Shown one piece after another: positions 13,601-26,664 of a DNA stretch of 64,000 nucleotides. Position 1 is the first letter of the stretch. The number at the start of each line of letters is the position of its first letter. Made by a program: the position numbers and the translations under genes. The notes under the pieces are model-generated. The model was not told the DNA's origin. It worked only from the letters and a program-made list of their open reading frames with translations, and ran no database searches. This DNA is from Octopus sinensis. Lineage: Eukaryota. The stretch covers positions 45,446,001 to 45,510,000 of the forward strand of contig NC_043005.1 of assembly GCF_006345805.1 (NCBI RefSeq), given 5' to 3'.

Positions 13601-14073
13601 GGCACAGACATTGCTATGTGGTAAGAAGTTTTAAGCACATGCCTGGCAGTGTGGTAAGAAGCTTACTTCTCAACCACATAGTTCTAGGGTCAGTCCCACT
13701 GCAAAGCAGTTTGCGCAAGTGTCTTCTACTATAACCTTGGGCTGACCTAAGCCTTGTGAGTGGATTTTATAGCTGGAAACTGAAAGAAGCCCATTGTATA
13801 TATATATATATATATATATTATGTATATGCGTGTGCATGTGTATCTATGTGTGTGAGTCTTGGTGTCTGTATTTTTTCACTCATCACCACTTGACAGCCA
13901 GCGTTGGTGTGCTTATATCTTGTAACTTTGCAGCTTGGCAAAAGAAGTCAATAGAATAAGTACCAGGCTTAAAAATTAAGTTCTGTGGTCAATTTGTTCA
14001 ACTAAAACCCTTCACAACAGTGCTCCAGCATGGTAGCAGTTAATTCACTGCAACAAGTTGAAGAATGAAAGAA
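13600..14073 (+). mobile_element. SINE-A with a duplicated head
   Basis: Two tgtggtaagaag heads (13617, 13650), then the full body. Confidence 0.75.
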
Positions 14074-14087
14074 TGTATCTCTCTCTC

Positions 14088-14434
14088 TAAATATATATAT
14101 ATATATTATATACATACATATATATATTATATATATAATATACACACATACATACAAACATACATGCATATATATACATACATATATATATAATATACAT
14201 ACATATATATATATATATATACATACACACATACATATATACATACAAACATACATGCATATATATACATACACACATATACTATATATACATACAAACA
14301 TACATGCATATATATATACATACACACATACATATATACATACAAACATACATGCATATATATACATACATTATATATATATATACATACATATATATAT
14401 TATATATACATACATACATATATATATAATATAT

Positions 14435-14467
<33 letters not shown>

Positions 14468-14590
14468 ATACATATATATATTATATATATATACACATAC
14501 ATATATATATATATATATACATACATATATATATATATTACATACATACATATATATATATATATACACATACATTATATATATATATAT

Positions 14591-14622
<32 letters not shown>

Positions 14623-14692
14623 ATACATATATATATACATACATATATATATATATATACATACATATATATATAACATACATATATATATA

Positions 14693-14741
<49 letters not shown>

Positions 14742-15135
14742 ATACACATACATATATATATATATATACATACATATATATATATATATACATACATATA
14801 TATATTATATATATACATACTATATATATATATACACATATATATATATATATACATACATATATATAGATATACATACATATATATATATAATACATAC
14901 ATATATAATATATATATACATACATAATATATATAATACATATATATATATATTATATATATACATATATGCATACATATATACTTACATACACATATAT
15001 ACATATATATATATATACACATATATATACATGCATATAAACATTATACACAAATATATATATATATATATATATAACATATATACACAAATATATATAT
15101 ATACATAACATATATACACAAATATATATACATAC
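14088..15135. repeat. ~1-kb compound (TA)n/(CATA)n microsatellite
   Basis: Direct reading; a higher-order unit catacaaacatacatgcatatata occurs x4 at 14150-14370. Confidence 0.95.
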
Positions 15136-15301
15136 ATATTTCTTACATTCTTTTACTCTTTTACTTGTTTCAGTCATTTGATAACACTGGTGGTGTGGAG
15201 AGGGGAGGCCAGTATGCATGGGCGACTGCTGGTCTTCCATAAACAACCTTGCCTGGACTTGTACCTGGGAGGGTAACTTTCCAGGTGCAATCCCATGGTC
15301 A

Positions 15302-15347
<46 letters not shown>

Positions 15348-15575
15348 TCATCATCATCATCATTTAACGTCCGCTTTCCATGCTAGCATGGGTTGGACGG
15401 TTCAACTGGGGTCTGGGGAGCCCGAAGGCTGCACCAGGTCAGTCAGATCTGGCAGTGTTTCTACAGCTGGATGCCTTTCCTAATGCCAACCACTCCGAGA
15501 GTGTAGTGGGTGATTTTATGTGCCACCGACACAGGTGCCAGACGAGGCTGGCGAACGGCCACGCTCAGATGGTGT

Positions 15576-15606
<31 letters not shown>

Positions 15607-15761
15607 ACATATATACATATACACATTTATACATATACACATTTATATATACATATACACATATACATATATACATATACACATTTATATATACATATAC
15701 ACATATACATATATATACACATACATATATATATATATATGCATATATATGTATATACATA

Positions 15762-15864
15762 GTGAGAATTTACAAAAAAAACAAAGACGAAAATGGGTGT
15801 GTAAACAACAAACAGATGTATTAGTTTAATGCTCGGGAAGTGAGAAACTCTTTTACATTTTGAG
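15762..15864 (-). mobile_element. 3' pseudo-LTR tail of the Penelope element
   Basis: Directly abuts the PLE body and ends in (TA)n-rich microsatellite. Contains ctcaaaatgtaaaag, which reads as a CpG-decayed ctcGAAACGTAaaag half-hammerhead. Confidence 0.55.
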
Positions 15865-17037
15865 ATGATGGTGTAGGTGCTGGGAAGTGGTCAGTGCTAG
15901 TATGTGCAGGGTGGTGTGATGTGGTGTCGTATGGTGGTGTTGGAGTGTGGGGGAGGTGAGTGGGGGAAGAAGGGTATGGTCTAAGGGATGAGGTAGGGTG
16001 GGATTTTCAGAGATGTTGAGGTTGGAATGTGTAGGGGTGGGGTAACGAGGGAGGGGTGATGATGAAGGGAGAAGTAGATGCCAGAGCAAGAGGAGAGGTG
16101 GGTGGGAGGACGTAGGAGTGAGAGGGGGAGGGTTAGCTGAAGAGGGGAGGCGAGTTGAGCCCATATGGTGCAAAGGGATGAAGAGAGAAGATTAATCTCT
16201 GCTCATGGTGAAGACAGGTGTCCAGATGGCCCCTGTGCAAGGACAATCTGAACACAGAAAGGTGTTGTAAAGAGTGACCAGTAGAGCGGAATTGACGCGA
16301 GACCAGGGTGTCGTCACCGAGATGGATGTCTCGGAGGTGTTCTGCGAACTGGTCAGCCAAGTGGCAACCCATTTGACCAATGTATAGAAAACGACAAAGA
16401 GAGCAGGAGATGCAGTAGATGATGTTGCTAGACGTGCAGGTGAAGGAGTCAGTGATATGATAGGGTTGATGATGGGTGCCAGTGAGGAGGGTGGTGTTGG
16501 AGAGGTAAGGGAAAGTGCAGCAGCGTGGGTGGGAGCAGGGGAATGAGCCGGGTTGGGAGGTTGGGTTAGGGAAGCAACTGTGGACCAAGAGGTCTTGTAG
16601 GTTGTGGGCTTGTTTGAAGGAATGGAGAAGTCAGTTAAGGAAGATGTGTAAAGTGGAGGGGTCGGACTGGAGTCGCCAGAAGGCTCGGAGAATGGTGCAT
16701 TAGAGAGGTATGGTGGTGGGGTGGTAGGTGAGGGGAAACGGAAGATGGGTGATGGCAGGGCGGGTGCAGGAAGAGAGCAGATGCACGGTCCACAGAATGT
16801 GCTCTGGCAAGGGCGGTGTGGATAGCGGTGAGGGGATATCCACATAAGATGAAGTGGCAAGCCACGAGTTGAGACTAAGCCTGAAAGTTATGGTTGTCAC
16901 TGCAGAGCCTCTGTAGATGGAGGAATTGGGAATAGGGGATGGAGAGCTTGGTGTGTTTAGGGTGGGAGGAGAAGTTGAGGTATGAGTGTGAGTCTGTATG
17001 TTTGAAGTAGATGGAGGTGGTGAGAGTGGAGTGATGA
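15865..17037 (-). mobile_element. 5'-truncated, frameshifted Penelope-like element (RT C-terminus plus GIY-YIG endonuclease)
   Basis: RT-end peptides TSIYFKHTDSHSYLNFSSHPKHTKLSIPYSQFLHLQRLCSD and CGYPLTAIHTALARAHSVDRASAL. GIY-YIG peptide FTCTSSNIIYCISCSLCRFLYIGQ..FAEHLRDI..HEQRLIFSLHPFAPYGLN (16133-16588). Confidence 0.9.
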
Positions 17038-18721
17038 ATATATAGATATATCATCATCATCATCCTCGTTCAATGTCCGCTTTCCATGCTGGCATGGTTG
17101 GACAGTTTAACTGAGGACAAGCAAGCCAGGAGGCTGCACCAGGCTCCAATCTGATTTGGCAAAGTTTCTACTACTGGATACCCTTCCTAACGTCAACCAC
17201 TCCGCGAGTGTAGTGGGTGCTTTTTATAAATATATATATACACACCAAAATAGGAGATGGGCTTCTTTCAAGTTTCCATCAACCAAAACTATTCACAAGG
17301 CCTGCCACATAAAAGGCTCCCAAGCACTCTGCTGGCACCATGTAAAAGGCACCCAGTACACTTTGTAAAGTGGTTGACATTAGGAAGGGCATTAGGGCAT
17401 TCTGCTGTAAAAAAACAAATCCAAGACAGATGACTGGAACCTGGTGCACCCTTCCAACTTACCAGCTCCTGTCAAGTTGTCCAACTCATGCCAACATGGA
17501 AAAATGGATGTTAAATAATGATGATAATGATGGGGTAATTGGATGTTCCCCAAACTCTAGTTTTGCAGGGAAAGAAAAAGCAATCACAGTTCATTGCTAT
17601 ACTGTTGTCAAAGAAGATGTCGCTATATTAAAAATTTACAAAATTTATATACTTTAGCTAAATCAATGACCCCATCGTATGTCAGTGGTATACTGCAAGG
17701 ACAGTAGATATTCAGCTTTAACACTCCTGTTCTGATAAGAAAGAAAAAGAAAAACCAACAAAATTAAACTGTTACGTGTTATTATAATAACTGCTTCAAG
17801 AAAACACTTTAGCAAAAATAAAATGTGAAATCAGACTTGTCTGTCAGATTTTCTTATGAGTAAAAATGTTATGTCAAAACATCAGAATATTTTTTATTAT
17901 TAGCAGTCATCTCATCGCCAAATACTGTCTTCAGAGTTACTTGTCAAATTCCTGGCAATAACATTTGTTAATTTCTTTCTAAGCTTTCCTTAAAACTGGT
18001 GTTACTCCTCATAGAGTTTAAAAAAAGATTCGATACGAAAATACCAAGATATTTGCAAGTGAGGTGTTAACCATTTCAACTGTCATGGGAACCTGTACAC
18101 TGTTGTTCAACCTGCTAGAAATAGCTACCAAATTTTCTGCAAAACACACACTATCTTCAAAATTAAAAAAAAAGAAAGGAAGGAAGGACACATTGGATAA
18201 TGTCCTTGTGTTCTTGATACAGTACTATGTTTAAATAAAAGACAGAATGTTCATGCAAGAACTCTATCATGTTTGTTGCATTCTGGGCTGGCCAAAAGTT
18301 AAAAATGACAACAAAAAAAGATTCATAAAATGGTGGCCATAATTCTTTTAAACAATTAAATTTGTTCTTACTCCTTTGGTGCAAACAAAAGTAATAATAA
18401 TTAACTGTAGTATATTTAACTTTAGTAATATCGATGTCTTACAAATGTGTATATAACACTTTAAGCAGGTGTCTGCTACCACAGAACACATTCTATGGAA
18501 GGAGACACCTATTATGCAGAATGTATCCTTTAACACTAAGCAGCAGTGACAGGTTGGAGATAGTGATGAAAAATTTCTGTTCCAGAGTGAAGTGGAGTAA
18601 TGCTTATTGCTTGCATGTTAGTAGCAGATAGTAAGGTTAAGTTTTACACTAAAATTCATATATGTTGGTTTACAAGGGAATTGTTCAGCAGACATGTTCA
18701 TTCTTCTTTGAAGACTTCATC

Positions 18722-19417
18722 CAAAGGTTCCCAATTGGGGTACATATAATCCTTGGGAGGTGGGGTGTCCATACAAGATTTTATTGTTAAAATTTATGTG
18801 CAATAAACTGGTTATATTCCTAGAATACACAAAATATTTTAACAATTTTTAAAAATACAATTTCTGATATTTAATTATAAAAATATTCCTTTATTCTTTT
18901 ACTTGTTTCAGTCATTTGACTGCGGACACACTGGAGCACCACCTGACAGGGTTTTTTAGTTGAAGAAATCAACCCCAGGACTTATTCTTTGTAAGCCTGG
19001 TACTTATTCTCTTGGTCCCTTTTGTCAAACTGCTAAGTTATGGAGATGTAAACACACCAACATTCCAACATCGGTTGTCAAGCAATGGTGGTGGAGGGGC
19101 ACAAACATAACAACAAAGACACACATAAATACATACATAAATATAAATGATAGGCTTCTTTCAGTTTCCACCTACCAAATCCACTCACAAGGCTTTGGTT
19201 GGTCTGAGGCTACAGTAGAAAACACTTGCCCAAGGTGCCATGCATTGGGACTGAACCTGAAACCATGAGATTGGAAAGCAAGATTCTTATCCTACAGCCA
19301 TGCCAGTGCCTATGAGATATATCACAATTTTTTAAACACTGAATGGCTGTGAGGGTCCAACAGAATAAAATAGGAATCAAAGGGGGTCCATAGGTGAAAA
19401 ATGGCAGACAACCACTG
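18722..19417 (-). mobile_element. hAT MITE interrupted by a SINE-A insertion (18891-19313)
   Basis: Degenerate TIRs caaaggttcccaa / gacaaccactg; 8-bp TSD acttcatc/acttaatc; both halves match the reverse complement of the other copies. Confidence 0.7.
18891..19313 (-). mobile_element. SINE-A nested in a hAT MITE
   Basis: Full-length homology. Confidence 0.8.
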
Positions 19418-19639
19418 ACTTAATCATATATGTGAGTTCATGCACACATATGGATACATACATATGTATGCATGCAAATTGTATGACACATGCATTATAA
19501 CTATGATGCTGTATGTTAGTGAAGCAGGGGCAGTGAATGACGAGGGCTTGAGAAGACAGGAAGGAAAAAAAATGAAGCCAGCATACTCTGTTGTATATGC
19601 TGTGTAAATGTGCATGAAAAACATAGTGCAAATATGCTA

Positions 19640-19870
19640 ATAGAATAAATAACAGGGTATAACGAAGAATTAGACATAGTGTGTGAGAACGGCTGTGTGA
19701 AGAGGTGCTTATTGCTTAATGTGGCTGGAGCTTGTAGAAGAAGGAGACCCAGGAAGAAATGGGATGATGTGGTGAAGACTAATCTCAGGACCTTGAACTT
19801 CACAGAGAAGATGACTGGTGACATGCAGTTTTCAAGAAGATCTGCCCACCTCAGTGAGACTAAGTTCTGG
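19640..19870 (+). mobile_element. RTE-clade LINE ORF 3' fragment
   Basis: CVKRCLLLNVAGACRRRRPRKKWDDVVKTNLRTLNFTEKMTGD matches the RTE G.R.RGRPRK.W...V..DL motif. Confidence 0.75.
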
Positions 19871-19979
19871 TAGTACTCTGTGTGTATGTGTGTGTGTGTG
19901 TACACACACACAATTGGGCCCTTTGCACAATTTCCTTCTTAACAACACACCCTACCATCCAAATGCATACATAAATGTA

Positions 19980-20025
<46 letters not shown>

Positions 20026-20034
20026 TGTTTATGA

Positions 20035-20458
20035 TCTCTTTTACTTGTTTCATTGGACTGTGGACATGTTAGGGCACTGCCTCGAAGGGTTTAGTCAGAC
20101 ATATGGAAGTCTGGTACTTATTTATTCAGCTTCTGTTGCTGAACTGCCCAGTTATTGGGATTATGGGGGCATAAACAAACCAATACCAGCTGTCAAGTGG
20201 TGGTGGGGAACAAATACATGTGCAGACACATCTATACCAGCATGGCACATGTACTTTAAATGATGATATATATATATATATATATATATATGTGTATATA
20301 TATGACGGGCTTCTACACAGTTCTCATCAATAAAATTCACTCACAAGGCATTGGTAAGCATGGGGCAACAAAAAAAGACATTTATCCAAGGTTCCATGCA
20401 GTGAGACTGAGCCCAAACCATGTCATTGCAAAGTGTGCCTCTTAACCACACAACCATA
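20035..20458 (-). mobile_element. SINE-A, diverged
   Basis: Tail and head recognisable. Confidence 0.7.
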
Positions 20459-20659
20459 TATTATTTGTAATAGATAACGAACCATACTTGAACCGCATTA
20501 AGTATATGCTAATTTGTCTAATGAAGGCCTTTCTTCTTTGAGAATCCCCTATATCCAATCAGAAATTGGTTGAGAGCTATGAGCAATGTTTATGTGAAAT
20601 AGAGAAGTTGAAAGAACAGAACATGCTCATATAAGGAACATGTGTATATTAACCTCACA

Positions 20660-20691
<32 letters not shown>

Positions 20692-20997
20692 ACAATGTAG
20701 TGGCCAGATTACTGAATGTTGTTATACATCACTAGTCACAATGCACTTTCTCACATTGTTGCAGCTTTTGAATGCTCCCACCATGCTGGCTAGGCAAGAA
20801 CTGAAAGCCAGTCTGGGGCAAGGTTACCCATTTACATCATAGTGGACTTGAGCAATGTGAAATGAAGTGCTTTGCTATAGAACACAATGCACAGCCAGTC
20901 TGAGAATCGAAACCATGACCTAGCTATCTTGTGTGCAACACCCTAGCCACTTGGCAACAAGCCCCCCCCCCCACCTCTTTCTCTCTCTCTCTCTCTC

Positions 20998-20998
<1 letters not shown>

Positions 20999-21047
<49 letters not shown>

Positions 21048-21122
21048 ATATGTATGTGTATGTGTGTATATATATATATATATATGTAGACATATGTATG
21101 TGTATGTATATATATATATGTA

Positions 21123-21166
<44 letters not shown>

Positions 21167-21314
21167 GACATATGTATGTATATATATGTATGTGCATATA
21201 TATATATATATGTAGACATATGTATGTGTATGTATATATATATATGTATGTGCATATATATATATATATATATATATGTAGACATATGTATGTGTATGTA
21301 TATATATATATGTA

Positions 21315-21351
<37 letters not shown>
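20999..21351. repeat. Compound (TA)n/(TG)n microsatellite with a higher-order unit
   Basis: gtagacatatgtatgt recurs four times. Confidence 0.9.
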
Positions 21352-22327
21352 CTGGTGTCATATATAAGGCACTGGTGGTAATACCACATAAAAAGCACCC
21401 AGTAAAGTGGATGGTGTTACAAAGGGCATCCAGCTGTAGAAACCATGCAAAAACAGACAAGTGGAGCCTGTGCAGCTCTCTGGCTTGCCAGTTCCATCCG
21501 ATGCCAGCATGGAAAATGGATGTTACATGATGATGATGATATATATACACACACACACACATACATATACACAGACATACATATAAGACAGAGAGAGAGA
21601 GCGAGAAAGAAAAGGGAGAAGAAGTGAGAGATAGAGATGTAAGCTGATTCACATCATGTACAAACAACACACATTTCATAAACCACTGATGTCTTTAAAA
21701 GGCAAAACTTATCTCTTTTATTATGAGTTAGGGAGACATCCATGACAATGAAAAATCTTCTTATTTTCTGTCCTTATTTTCATAAGAACAGAAATCTAAG
21801 GAAAATATTGTAGGGCTTACATTTTCAGCAATAGTTCTGATAATTAATCTATAGATTGGGAAATCAACTTGTTTTGAGCAGAAAAAACGAAGACACACCT
21901 TGACTAAATAATGAACACACACCTTATCAGCTGTTAGTCTAATTCATTTCTAACTAAACTAACTCAAGTACTACTATTTATAATTATATAATAGCCTCTT
22001 GTGTATATCTACGTGAGTATGTGTATGTCTTTGTGCATGTGTGAGAGTGAGAGATAGAGAGAGAGAGAGCTGAAAAAAATAGATAGATGAGAGAGAGAGA
22101 GACAGACAGACAGACAGAGAGAGAACAAGCAGAAAAGTTGTTACTCCACATTATCTACAATATCTGTAATCTAACTATATATGCTAGCAAAATAATATAA
22201 CTTAAAAAAATTGAATAAATTATGTCAAGTATATACATGTATGTATGCGTACTTCTATGTAGATGTATGTATTATGTATTCATGCATGTAAAAACATTTT
22301 TTAACTGTGTGTGTGCGTGTGCATATA

Positions 22328-22399
<72 letters not shown>

Positions 22400-23144
22400 C
22401 ACACACACACATACACGTATGTGTGTGTATGAATGCATATCTGTATATATAAGTGAGTGTAAGTGTGAATGTATATATATATATGTGTGTATGTATTTAA
22501 GACATAAAAACATTTATTTTTAACTACACACGCACACACACACACACAAGCACATTCATAAACACACACACACACACACATATACACAGATATTGATTTT
22601 TAGAATTCTTACACTCGGATTTATGATTACGTGTAAGCCAGAAAATGAGATTTAATGTTATGGTAAATGACATAACAAAATACAGCAAGGCGATTATGAA
22701 GTTTGAGAGAGAAAGTTTCTGTTCAGTGGTAGAATCAGAAAACTGTAAGAGCTATTTTGTCTTCAACATGTACCCTGCATTACAGGAACGTAACTTAACA
22801 TTATCTCCAAATAACATTTACTTAGAAAGCAAAGATCTCCAAATATTTTTTCTGTCGTTTTCTTTTCTTTTTCTTTTTTTTTTGTTCTTTTTTGCTGGTT
22901 TTCATAACTTGATCCATAAAATTGAGATTCCTAGTAATTTTACCTCTTAAACGTATTTCACCTTTGTAACAAACTGACAATGGTAGCTAACTAGAGCTGT
23001 CATCAAGCAGAACACCTTCCCCCCACTGCACTGTCTAATTAGCCAAGTAAACATTTACAATGAGTGAGAGAGAGAGGGAAAGAGAGAGAGAGAGAAATGT
23101 TCTCATGTTTTGAACATTCAAACAACTGTTTGTAGGGGAGACCT

Positions 23145-23440
23145 GAAGGTTCATGGCTTAGTGGTAAGGGTATTTGGACCATGATCATAAGGTCCTGAGT
23201 TCAAATCCTGGCGGTGTGCTGTGACCTTGAGGAAAACACTTTACTACATATTGCTCCAGTCCACTCTGTTGGCAAAAGTACATTTTACGTGTAATTCAAC
23301 AGGTCAGCCTTGTTGCATTGTGTCATACTGAATCTCCTTCAGAACTGTGTTAAGAGTACGCATGTCTGTGGAGTGTGTTAATTTCACGAGCAAGTTGTTC
23401 CATTGATCGGATCAACTGTAAACCTCATCATCATAACCAT
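23145..23440 (+). mobile_element. SINE-D, body type 2; matching 3' half at 32868-33062
   Basis: A box tggcttagtgg, B box gagttcaaatcc; body shared with 32868. Confidence 0.7.
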
Positions 23441-23626
23441 TTGATTGTTGTTTAAACTCACATCAGTCCTGGTTGGGTGAACTTAAGCTCCTCTAGTCAT
23501 GACTTACTTCATCTTTTTATAGACCAGAGACTACAATTTCTAATACACCCTTCATATTACACAGTAGAGTGTGATTATGAGGGTGATATGGCTGCTATTT
23601 TTAGTAAATCATACAACCATGTAGAG

Positions 23627-23904
23627 CAATGGTTCTCAACCATTTTTTTGCTTAATTTAACTCTGCTGGAACCCCCTACCCACCCACCCATCCATCCATC
23701 CAACCATTTGATGTTTTAAAAAATCCTATTGTATTTTTATAATTAAATATTATATGCTATTAAGAATTCTATAAAAAAACCAAAGTTAAAATATTTTGTG
23801 CATTGTAGAAGTATAACCAGGTTATTTTCACACAATAAAATTTAACAACAAAATTTTATATGGACCCTCAATGGTCATATATGGGCTCCTGTTGAGAATC
23901 ACTG
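23627..23904 (+). mobile_element. hAT (Charlie-like) MITE
   Basis: TIRs caatggttctcaac / gttgagaatcactg; 8-bp TSD atgtagag/aagtagag. Confidence 0.8.
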
Positions 23905-23943
23905 AAGTAGAGACTCCTTTACTGACTCCAGAGATTTTTATTT

Positions 23944-24322
23944 TGGCTGTGTGGTAGGTAGCTTGCTTACCAACCACAGGATTCCGGGTTCAGGCCTAAT
24001 GCGTGGCACCTTGGGCAAGTGTCTTCTACTATAGCCTCGGGCTGACCAAAGCCTTGTGAGTGGATTTAGTAGACAGAAACTGAAAGACGCCCGTCGTATA
24101 TATGTATGTGGTGTGTGTGTGTGTGTTTGTTCCCCCAACATCGCTTGACAACTGATGCTGGTATGTTTATGTACCCCGTAACTTAGCGGTTCGGCTAAAG
24201 AGACCGACAGAATAAGTACTAGGCTTACAAAGAATAAGTCCTGGGGTCGATTTGCTTGACTAAAGATGGTGCTCCAGCATGGCTGCAGTCAAATGACTGA
24301 AACAAGTAAAAGAGTAAAAGAG
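23944..24322 (+). mobile_element. SINE-A, young
   Basis: A box tggctgtgtgg, B box ggttcaggcc, CpGs retained, tail gtaaaagagtaaaagag. Confidence 0.9.
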
Positions 24323-24892
24323 TTCCTCATTTATGTTCTATATTTAGTAGCCTGTCTTAGTGATACTTAATAGGCCACAAAAAGTATGCACCATGAGTGG
24401 GCTGTATGATGGTTTCAGATGTTAAAAACTGGACTAGTGAGCTGACAAAAACGGCAGGTTTGTTATCATGACAAACGTAATCAGTATTTCCAATCATTAA
24501 AAGTACGATGATTAGTGACTTGCAATACTGCAGTATGTCTATCAAATAGAAATATCACCATTGTAACCACTAACCCGAAGGTTGCCATAATCGAACCTTG
24601 ATTTTTTTCCCCCCACCCGTCTCTGACTTCTGGTGAATGTGACACTTTCTCTCAGTGGTGTCCAAGTGTCATTTGCAAACTGATCACTTTTTATGTCTTT
24701 GTATGACAACCAATGCTAGTTTGACCATATTGAAGTCTCCAAAGTGATAATACACTAAGAAAAGAGCAGCATTTTGGGCAAGTTTCTCTGGTTGACCAAT
24801 AACTTCTGAGTGTAACTTAGTAAAAACAAATAAGCAGGAGTAATGTGTGTGGTGTGTGTGTGTGTGTGTGAGTGTGCGCACGCATGTGTGTG

Positions 24893-25500
24893 TGCTGGCA
24901 TGGTTGTGTTGTAAGAAGTTTACTTCCCACCCAAATGGTTCCCAGTTCAGTCCCACTGCATGACACTTTGGACAAGTGTGTTCCACTACAGCCTCAGGCC
25001 GACCAAAGCCTTGTGAGTGGATTTGGTAAATAGAGACTGAAAGAAACCGGTCATGTGTGTGTGTGTATGTGTGTGTGTGTGTGTATGTGTGTGTGTGTGT
25101 GTTTGTCCCCTATCAGCGCTTGACAACTGGCGTTGGTATGTTTATGCCCCTGTAACTTAGTGGTTTGACAAATGAGAATGATAAAATAAGTACCACTCTT
25201 CAAAAGACAAATACTGGGATCGATTCATTCAACTAAAATTCTTCAAAGCAGGGCCTCAGCATGGCTGCAGTCTAATGACTGAAACAGGTAAAAGGTAAAA
25301 GATTATATATATATATGTATTAGGTGCAGGTATGGCTGTGTAAAGAAGTTTGCTTCTCAACTACATGGCTTTGGGCTCAGTTCCACTGAGTATTACCTTG
25401 GGTAAGTATTTTCTGTTACATGCTCTCAGGTTGATGACAGCCTAGTGAATGAATTTATTGGATGAAAACTGAAACAATCCCACAGTATGTATATACATGT
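24893..25500 (+). mobile_element. SINE-A (24893-25302) followed by a second SINE-A 5' half (25322-25500)
   Basis: Homology to the 43040 copy. Confidence 0.75.
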
Positions 25501-26069
25501 GTTAAAGGATTTAGCAGTATGACAAACGGAAATCAATAAAAAACAAGTACTGCTGAGGCTATTTTGAGGTGAAAAGCTGTGATGGTAGTACCTCTACATT
25601 GCTACAGTTCAATGGTTAAAACCAATAAGAGGAAAATTTACTCCATAATAATATGTGTATTCTCTGGTCATGTAACAAGTAGCAAATGTTAAGCAAAGTG
25701 TCTCAAATCAGACATACAGCCATCACAAATAAATAAATAATATGGCTACATATATTTGATTGACTGTACTTGAGAAGGTGATGCCCTTACATGACTACAG
25801 TCTGAAACCAATAAAACTATTTTGGTTTCCATCTATCAAATCTACTCACAATGCTTTGGTTAGCTATAGTGGAAAGCCTTGTGAATGGATTGTTTTTGGA
25901 TGAAAACTGAAAACAAGCCCACAGTATGTGGGATTGATAGAATAAGTGTTAGGCTTAAAAAAACCTCAAACTTTTGGGGTCAGTTCATTCAACTAAAATT
26001 CTTCAAGGTGGTGTCCCAGCATGGCCACAGTCTAATGACTGAAACAATTGGACGGTAAAGGAGATATAT

Positions 26070-26664
26070 ATATCTAGTATATATAAATCACAGTATGTGT
26101 GTGTATATTGACTAACACATACATTTCCACAATTCTCAACTGATTTTCACCAAACTTTACACACATATTACTTATGTGTGAAGGATGGTCATGCACTATA
26201 ACATTTTACCCAGAGTTCCCATGTAAATGGACAAACCAAGAAAAGTGGTGGTTTACACAGGTTTTTCTCTAATTCATTGTATGTACATAGTTTTTTTTTT
26301 GTATTTAAGGTCTTCCAAACTTTTTTAATCTATATGGTCGTATATTGGCATTAGAGAATATTTTTTAGTGGTTTTCATATTGTTTTAATTTATTATTTAT
26401 TTATATGTTGTAAGTGTGTATTATTACTTTCTAAAAACTTTTTTTTTATGTGTATTAGTGTATATTGTATGAAGTTTTGGTTAGAGAATATTATAAAAGT
26501 GAAAGGATCTTGTCTAATTATTTACTTTGACTTTTTTCCATACTTTTAAAATCTATATGGTCATATATTTGCATTACAGAATATTTTTAAGTAGTTTTCA
26601 CATTTTTTTTATTTATTATTTATGCATATGTTAAACCGTCCAAAGGATGGATGCATTTGCTAGT
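26070..26664 (+). mobile_element. Helentron/DINE-1-like non-autonomous element (HINE)
   Basis: Starts atctagtatatataaa plus a (TG)n stretch; core tcaactgattttcaccaaacttt; internal ~97-bp direct repeat; subterminal hairpin CCGTCC-aaa-GGATGG (26636-26650); ends gctagt. Confidence 0.6.

Noticed and set aside
14002-15829. Long YI/HT/CV-rich ORFs (also at 20.9-22.6, 28.4-28.8, 31.5-33.3, 41.7-42.4 and 62.9-63.4 kb)
   Set aside because: Dinucleotide microsatellites that lack stop codons.
10460-20633. Plus-strand exon-like stretches: ILIKTQTDKDGYL..(10460), VSATTEHILWKETP..*(18459), KLVESYEQCLCEIEKLKEQ..*(20555), plus a CAG|GTAAGT donor at 3857
   Set aside because: Each lacks either a good acceptor or a good donor, none joins into a coherent model, and K/E/I/L-rich peptides arise easily in AT-rich DNA. 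Revisit only if RNA-seq supports them.
24357-24545. Minus-strand 62-aa ORF in a CpG-retaining unique stretch
   Set aside because: Weak pyrimidine tract and donor; no recognisable motif.
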